From the IMG/VR virus record IMGVR_UViG_3300025849_002481, positions 11,721 to 75,720 of that record: DNA of 64,000 nucleotides. One strand, given 5' to 3'. Shown in pieces: positions 59,690-64,000 of this stretch. The notes under the pieces were generated by a model. It saw only the letters and a program-made list of their open reading frames with translations. It had not been told where the DNA came from and did no database searches. Position 1 is the stretch's first letter. Each line of letters begins with the position of its first letter. Position numbers and translations under genes: made by a program. The stretch comes from a virus.

Positions 59690-59766
59690 TGGCCTGCCCT
59701 GCAGGATTCGAACCTGCGACCCACAGCTTAGAAGGCTGTTGCTCTATCCAGCTGAGCTAAGGGCAG
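59690..59766 (-). tRNA. tRNA-Arg(UCU)
   Basis: Anticodon arm ACAGC-CTTCTAA-GCTGT, GGTTCGAATCC, CCA. Confidence 0.95.
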
Positions 59767-59768
59767 TC

Positions 59769-59845
59769 TGGTACGCCTGGAGGGACTTGAACCCCCAACC
59801 TGCGGATTATGAGTCCGACGCTCTAACCAATTGAGCTACAGGCGC
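59769..59845 (-). tRNA. tRNA with CAU anticodon, probably Ile2 (lysidine) rather than Met
   Basis: CGGA-CTCATAA-TCCG arm, CCA. Acceptor stem has C4-G69 and C5-G68 (TilS determinants in E. coli); no initiator GGG/CCC stem. Confidence 0.85.
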
Positions 59846-59974
59846 AAAACTTTATTTCTAGTTGGGTGTTAAGATGATCCTCTTCTATCTTACAAAATGA
59901 TTTCCAATGAGCCCCACCGCTCTCAATTGGATCGTCACCGGCTGTCACGGTCACGCCCTAGGTTGTAGAGTTGC

Positions 59975-60304
59975 CTACGCTGTGATTATGTCCTCGGACT
60001 CAGCGGTAATCGGCTGTACCTCTACTTTCGTTGTTTCGCTCTGCTCCGGCTGTGCCTTCACATTTCTTACAACAAACTCTGCAATCGCACTCTGTTGAGC
60101 TTCGCTTTGGAAGTTCGGGTGTGCCATTAATACTTTACAGACATCTGCTTTTGACATTTTTTCGCCAAGTTCGATCAACTCAATGTCGTCGTGTCCGTTC
60201 TTAGCTAAGATCTTGAACCTACCTACATAGTCATTCGCGAACCTTACCTTGGTCACTCCGTTGTGTGTTGATGTTCCTGCTACTTCAAAAGTTTTAGTTG
60301 TCAT
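59975..60304 (-). CDS. Early hypothetical protein
   Basis: VAGTS...G..KVRFAND motif; own promoter. Confidence 0.75.
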   Translation of the reverse strand: MTTKTFEVAGTSTHNGVTKVRFANDYVGRFKILAKNGHDDIELIELGEKMSKADVCKVLMAHPNFQSEAQQSAIAEFVVRNVKAQPEQSETTKVEVQPITAESEDIITA

Positions 60305-60374
60305 ATTTGCCTCTCATTGTTTTAGTTTATATTATACATTATAGCACCAATTGCCACAATGGTCAACCTTTTTT

Positions 60375-60842
60375 TTAACTATTTTGGCTAGCCGCAATCC
60401 GTGCTTCCATAGCCGCTAGTTCGATTGGAACCATAACGTCTAAGAAGTTAAAGATTGGATAACCGTTTTCGTCTTTGGCACCGTGATCGTTAACTAACCA
60501 CTCTTTGCCATTCCAAAGGTAGGCATACTCTTCCATGTCATCAATCCAACTTGGAATGTCTGCATACTCTTGAATGCTCAGCTGCTCGCCTCGGTCTCGG
60601 CTGTAAAACAATGTCCAATCGTCTCGTTGTGTCGAACGATCGTCAAAGTCTTGTGGATCACCAATCTGCTCACCTAGTGAACTGATTGAACCTAGTGCAA
60701 CCAACGCTTCGATCTTATCGATGTCCGTGTAGTTCTCCAACAGGATCTTTCCGTTGTTTGCGACATAGCCGTCCCAGTGACAGTATACTGAAACAATCTT
60801 GCCTTCTTTGGTCTTCATTGCGATGTTTGAACGTGTTGCCAT
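60375..60842 (-). CDS. Early hypothetical protein
   Basis: MATRS.I...SVYCHWDGY and EEYAYL motifs; own promoter. Confidence 0.75.
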   Translation of the reverse strand: MATRSNIAMKTKEGKIVSVYCHWDGYVANNGKILLENYTDIDKIEALVALGSISSLGEQIGDPQDFDDRSTQRDDWTLFYSRDRGEQLSIQEYADIPSWIDDMEEYAYLWNGKEWLVNDHGAKDENGYPIFNFLDVMVPIELAAMEARIAASQNS

Positions 60843-60912
60843 TTTGTTTGCCCTCTAGCGTTTGTTTAACTTACTCTTATAATATAGCACCAAAGTGCTC
60901 AGTTGTCAACCC

Positions 60913-61116
60913 CTAATTTACCGAAACTTGATATCCATATTGCCAATGGCCGTTGTCTAGATCAAACACACAACGATCCTTGTCATCTACATAGACCTTA
61001 TCCATGTCTATGCCATACTTGTCGCCGGCTGTAGCACATAGCTCAATGCCTTTTACCTTAGCTTCACCAAACCGGCTGTTGACCTTAGTTCCTATTTTAA
61101 TATATGTTCTGCTCAT
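60913..61116 (-). CDS. Early hypothetical protein
   Basis: Own promoter and GAGGGCA leader; LDNGHW.YG.Q. Confidence 0.75.
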   Translation of the reverse strand: MSRTYIKIGTKVNSRFGEAKVKGIELCATAGDKYGIDMDKVYVDDKDRCVFDLDNGHWQYGYQVSVN

Positions 61117-61177
61117 AGTGCCCTCATTTCCTAATTGTTATATACAGTATAGCTTCAAGTGATCGAGATGTCAACCT

Positions 61178-61756
61178 TTATTTTGCCAATTCTCGTTCTT
61201 TTTCTTCTTCCATTTCCTCTTCGATCCATTCACGCCTATTCTCAATAAGCTCAAACTCGTCGTCAAGTTTCTGGAATAGCTCTGGAGTGTCTTCAAGAGC
61301 ACAAGTGCCTTTGACTACCGCTTCGCACCATTCGCTCAGGCCTTCCATATATTGATCATCGCCATCTGTGTAGATACCTGCAAAGTCCATACCACCTTCT
61401 TCATAGGTTGCCTCAATCGAACAGTTGTCCATATCGTCTAACCAGGTGTTGTATGCTTCAATGGGAGGTGCCCACGCACTATCAAACCAACCTGTGATAT
61501 GACTTGTGCCATCTTTGTTGTCCACATACTCTAGACCTTCGTCTGAGATGTCCCACTTGGTCCCCCAGTTGCTAACATGCCAGTCATACCAGTTCGGACC
61601 ATCACTAGGAGCGGTTGTGCCTTCTAGTTCTTTGGGCATCGGAACCATTGCATCAAGTAGAGCAAAGTCCTCTCCATCATGTGCATCATCCCACAGTTGC
61701 TTGATTGTGTCTGTTGGACCACTAATTGTGATTGAGTTCGAACACCAATTAGGCAT
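61178..61756 (-). CDS. DUF1281/YubB-like ferredoxin-fold protein
   Basis: MPNWCSN, WY.W...NWGTKWD, FDSAWAPP, YEE.G..FAG. Confidence 0.75.
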   Translation of the reverse strand: MPNWCSNSITISGPTDTIKQLWDDAHDGEDFALLDAMVPMPKELEGTTAPSDGPNWYDWHVSNWGTKWDISDEGLEYVDNKDGTSHITGWFDSAWAPPIEAYNTWLDDMDNCSIEATYEEGGMDFAGIYTDGDDQYMEGLSEWCEAVVKGTCALEDTPELFQKLDDEFELIENRREWIEEEMEEEKERELAK

Positions 61757-61925
61757 AGTCAGTCTCCTCTAAAAAACGTGGTGAAAGTTCATTGCAATCA
61801 AGCATATCTTCGACATCATCTGTGCTCATATACTTGAGTGCCATAGTCAGCATATCTTCGGCTGTGACGAAACCGTCGTCGATCAGCTCTAGTGCTGTGT
61901 CTCTTGCGTTAGTTGGTCTTTTCAT
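61749..61925 (-). CDS. 58-aa early protein (not in ORF track)
   Basis: MKRPTNARDTALELIDDG...FLEETDYA; own promoter, GAGGGCA leader, overlaps the next start. Confidence 0.7.
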   Translation of the reverse strand: MKRPTNARDTALELIDDGFVTAEDMLTMALKYMSTDDVEDMLDCNELSPRFLEETDYA

Positions 61926-61990
61926 ATTGCCCTCATTTCCTAATTGTTATATACAGTATAGCGTCAATTGATCCAGTTGTCAACCTCTTT

Positions 61991-62206
61991 TTAACCAATT
62001 TCCTCTACTTCGCGACCTTGTGCAAAGTCCATCAAGTCTGCGGCCAATGCCGCGGCCTGTGCTCGTGTCAATTGCAAGTGATCAAAGAACTCTGTGCCTA
62101 CAGGTCGCTCTTTACGCATTGTAACCTGGACGCTGGTGCCTTGACCGCCGTTTGCGAAACGGGTTAATGAAACGCCTTGTGCGTGTGATTTCAAATCTGT
62201 TGACAT
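61991..62206 (-). CDS. Early hypothetical protein
   Basis: Own promoter, GAGGAG SD. Confidence 0.75.
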   Translation of the reverse strand: MSTDLKSHAQGVSLTRFANGGQGTSVQVTMRKERPVGTEFFDHLQLTRAQAAALAADLMDFAQGREVEEIG

Positions 62207-62279
62207 CTGTGTCTCCTCTTTGCCCTAATTGTTATATACAGTATAGCACCTAGATGCTACACTGTCAACCTCTTTTTGC

Positions 62280-62621
62280 TCAAAAGTCCTGTGGATAACC
62301 TTTGGAACGCATCTCCGGCTGTAGGGGTGATACCACGATGACCTGCTCTTTGAGGAAGTCACGATAGTCCTCATCCTCCGGCAGTTGTTCGATCCACTCT
62401 TGCTCAGTGAGGAACTCTGTGGGGAACTCCTTGCAGCTGATGTTGTTCTCCATAGTGATCGCAGCTACGAACGCGGCCGCATCCTGCACTCGATCCAAAC
62501 CCTGGACCAAGTATTCTGAACCGCCTTTGAACTTCCAATAGGCGTTGCCTGATGAAAACTTACCGTCCTCACAGTGTGCGCCATAGTTCTCTAAAAATTG
62601 TGTTTTGATTACGAAATTCAT
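62280..62621 (-). CDS. Early hypothetical protein
   Basis: TQ..ENYGAH...YWKFKGG motif; own promoter. Confidence 0.75.
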   Translation of the reverse strand: MNFVIKTQFLENYGAHCEDGKFSSGNAYWKFKGGSEYLVQGLDRVQDAAAFVAAITMENNISCKEFPTEFLTEQEWIEQLPEDEDYRDFLKEQVIVVSPLQPEMRSKGYPQDF

Positions 62622-62683
62622 ATTGCCCTCTTTTCCCTAACTGTTATATACAGTATACCTTCAAAACCGGCTGCTGTCAACCT

Positions 62684-62911
62684 CTAATTTACCAAAAAGT
62701 CCTCGTCAACGATGAAACTGTATACGGCCTCCCTAACGGCTGTATCGGTTGCTTCTTCGTAACCGTCGGCTGTAGCCAGCTTCTCCAATTCACGAACGGT
62801 CCATGCCCAAGCACTTTCAGCACCATCTTCGGCTGTTAACTGTAGACCGGCTGTGGCGATCCGTGTGACCAATTCATTGCCCTCGGCTGTGAACATTGCG
62901 AAATCTTTCAT
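62684..62911 (-). CDS. Early hypothetical protein (first gene of the array)
   Basis: MFT.EGN...EATDTAVRE motif; own promoter. Confidence 0.75.
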   Translation of the reverse strand: MKDFAMFTAEGNELVTRIATAGLQLTAEDGAESAWAWTVRELEKLATADGYEEATDTAVREAVYSFIVDEDFLVN

Positions 62912-63018
62912 ATCGTGCCCTCCTAATCTCTAACTGTTATATACAGTATAGCCTCAAACCTCGGCTGTGTCAACCTTTATTTTACCAAAATGTGAAAAAA
63001 GTTTCCTCCGGCTGTAGA

Positions 63019-63046
63019 ATTTAACATAATAAACTTTATACGCAAA
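63019..63046 (-). other. dif-like XerC/XerD recombination site 1
   Basis: TTTGCGTATAA-AGTTTA-TTATGTTAAAT; XerD arm 11/11 and XerC arm 8/11 versus E. coli dif. Confidence 0.85.
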
Positions 63047-63092
63047 ACCTTCGGCTGTAGGGGCTAAGTCATTGAAATCATTGATCAAAAGA

Positions 63093-63120
63093 ATTTAACA
63101 TAATAAACCTTATACGCACA
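63093..63120 (-). other. dif-like XerC/XerD recombination site 2
   Basis: TGTGCGTATAA-GGTTTA-TTATGTTAAAT; XerD arm 11/11 and XerC arm 9/11. Confidence 0.85.
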
Positions 63121-63401
63121 CCAAGTCCTGCCCACCACCGGCTGTTATTATACAGTCTCTCTCCCCTAGTGTCAACCGTTCTTTTGCACCGATCACAAAA
63201 GAATCTGAATCCTCAATAGAATCAACAGCTTACAGTTCGAATGAGCAAAAGAACAGTTCTCTTCCTCGCTTATACCAAAAACTTCAATGATATCAATAGC
63301 TTAGGATTTACAGCCGGGGCCCCATGTAACCTCTTGAAAACAAAGAGAAAATCAAAAACCCAATACAAACAATGACTTAGAAGACCACCTTGATTCGCTG
63401 C

Positions 63402-63625
63402 AGTGAGAGAGTGAAAAATTCAAAATGACCCCTGATCTGCTGCAGTGAAAGGTTCAAAGTGAGCATAACAGTGAGTTCGAAAGTGAAAGTGACAGTGAGA
63501 ACCATAGTGACTCGTACAGTGAGAACCATGAACCCCTCTTAGAGCTATACAGTGAGTAAGGAGTCTCTTGTTATAGTGTAGTGAGTATAGTGTACAGTGG
63601 GGTACAGTGAGGGGCCGAAGGCCCC
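63402..63625 (+). repeat. AGTGA iteron-like repeats ending in a GC hairpin
   Basis: 13 AGTGA copies, six in exact 12-bp phase (63458-63518); GGGGCC-GAA-GGCCCC at 63611-63625. Confidence 0.75.
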
Positions 63626-64000
63626 AGAATCTCCAATGATTTCAATGGTTTACACCATTAAGTTAAGGTACTGAACCATGCTTTAAGGGTGTTTTAAGGG
63701 TGGCGGAATAGGTGTACAATACTGGTTGGTGTACATTTTTCGGCACATGCCCTACAGTTTACCCACGATCTATAGCCAAAAAAATTTTTCTTGAGCACGG
63801 TGACGAGAGGCATAGTTCAAATACTTTTCATAGTTGTTTTCATAGTTGTATAACCTACCCAATCACCATTCTATATAGTGTAGTTTCAACGACTTCTATG
63901 CTAGACTTACTCTGTGTATAGCCGAGATCTCTACTAGGTTCTAGAGGTCAAACACCCAGGTGACCGCAGCGGGGCCTAGGGTCTACGCAGCTAACCACAC

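Larger units (their letters stand above)
55991..63175 (-). promoter_or_regulatory. Array of 16 sigma70-type early promoters
   Basis: TTGACA (once TTGACC, once TTGCAT)-17 bp-TA[T/C]A[A/C/G/T]T. The -35 boxes begin on the + strand at 56014, 56359, 57606, 57917, 58195, 58608, 59071, 59427, 60361, 60904, 61169, 61978, 62263, 62675, 62968 and 63170; most have an A-rich UP-like element. Confidence 0.9.
56400..63316 (+). repeat. Dispersed polar heptamer CGGCTGT (22 copies on +, one reversed)
   Basis: Copies start at 56400, 57651, 57967, 59488, 59533, 59939, 60011, 60047, 60598, 61026, 61073, 61859, 62316, 62737, 62767, 62830, 62848, 62884, 62962, 63009, 63052 and 63139; reversed copy at 63310. Confidence 0.9.
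63065..63652. promoter_or_regulatory. Cluster of six IHF-like boxes
   Basis: WATCAANNNNTTR exact at 63220 and 63291; one-mismatch copies at 63065(-), 63327(-), 63367 and 63640. Confidence 0.65.

Noticed and set aside
541-62167. Many short antisense or alternate-frame ORFs in the track (e.g. 50897..51547, 19649..20047, 49168..49599)
   Set aside because: They are shadows of well-supported genes, without motifs or expression signals.
55991-63175. Repeated intergenic cassettes read as a CRISPR array or integron attC sites
   Set aside because: The repeats are degenerate promoter/RBS units separated by whole genes; I saw no cas genes, integrase or attC core pattern.
56400-63316. CGGCTGT as E. coli KOPS or Chi, or as a protein-level Thr-Ala bias
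   Set aside because: It does not match GGGNAGGG or GCTGGTGG, and it occurs in all three frames and in non-coding DNA.
63712-63921. 69-aa ORF at the window end
   Set aside because: GTG start without a clear SD, and it spans short CATAGTT repeats; unsupported.
1-64000. Stop-codon recoding, introns or inteins in core genes
   Set aside because: Terminase, helicases, UvsX, primase and sheath are uninterrupted under the standard code, with no intein motifs noticed.

Overview
This is a 64-kb piece of a large, AT-rich T4-like myovirus genome in the standard genetic code. Its gene order resembles GAP32/Rak2-type and uncultured aquatic jumbo phages. The host is probably a Gram-negative proteobacterium (inferred from the heptose/Kdo genes and the dif and IHF motifs). 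Bases 1-54.6 kb hold neck, tail, terminase and replication/recombination genes (gp13/14/15/18/19/4/17/32, UvsX/Y/W, gp62-like, primase, gp41, a mini DnaE). These are interleaved with a large surface-glycan toolkit (hldD/hldE, kdsA/kdsB, four KpsS/KpsC-like proteins, GT25/GT8-like enzymes, methyl- and sulfotransferases, a PAPS module, a carbamoyltransferase) and yhhQ. Bases 55.6-63 kb are a minus-strand array of small early-type genes, nearly all with their own sigma70 promoter, plus three tRNAs. The most unusual signals are non-coding. (1) Two tandem dif-like XerC/XerD sites at 63019 and 63093 sit among IHF-like boxes and 12-bp-phased AGTGA repeats. (2) A strand-polarised heptamer, CGGCTGT, has 22 copies whose density rises toward that locus and occurs in all three reading frames. 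(3) A shared GAGGGCA leader motif on the early genes is paired with a structured 3'-UTR RNA that displays the complement, GCCCUC, in hairpin loops. (4) Many late and middle genes appear to be leaderless. Protein calls come from motif recognition only, and motif counts were made by eye; no searches were run.
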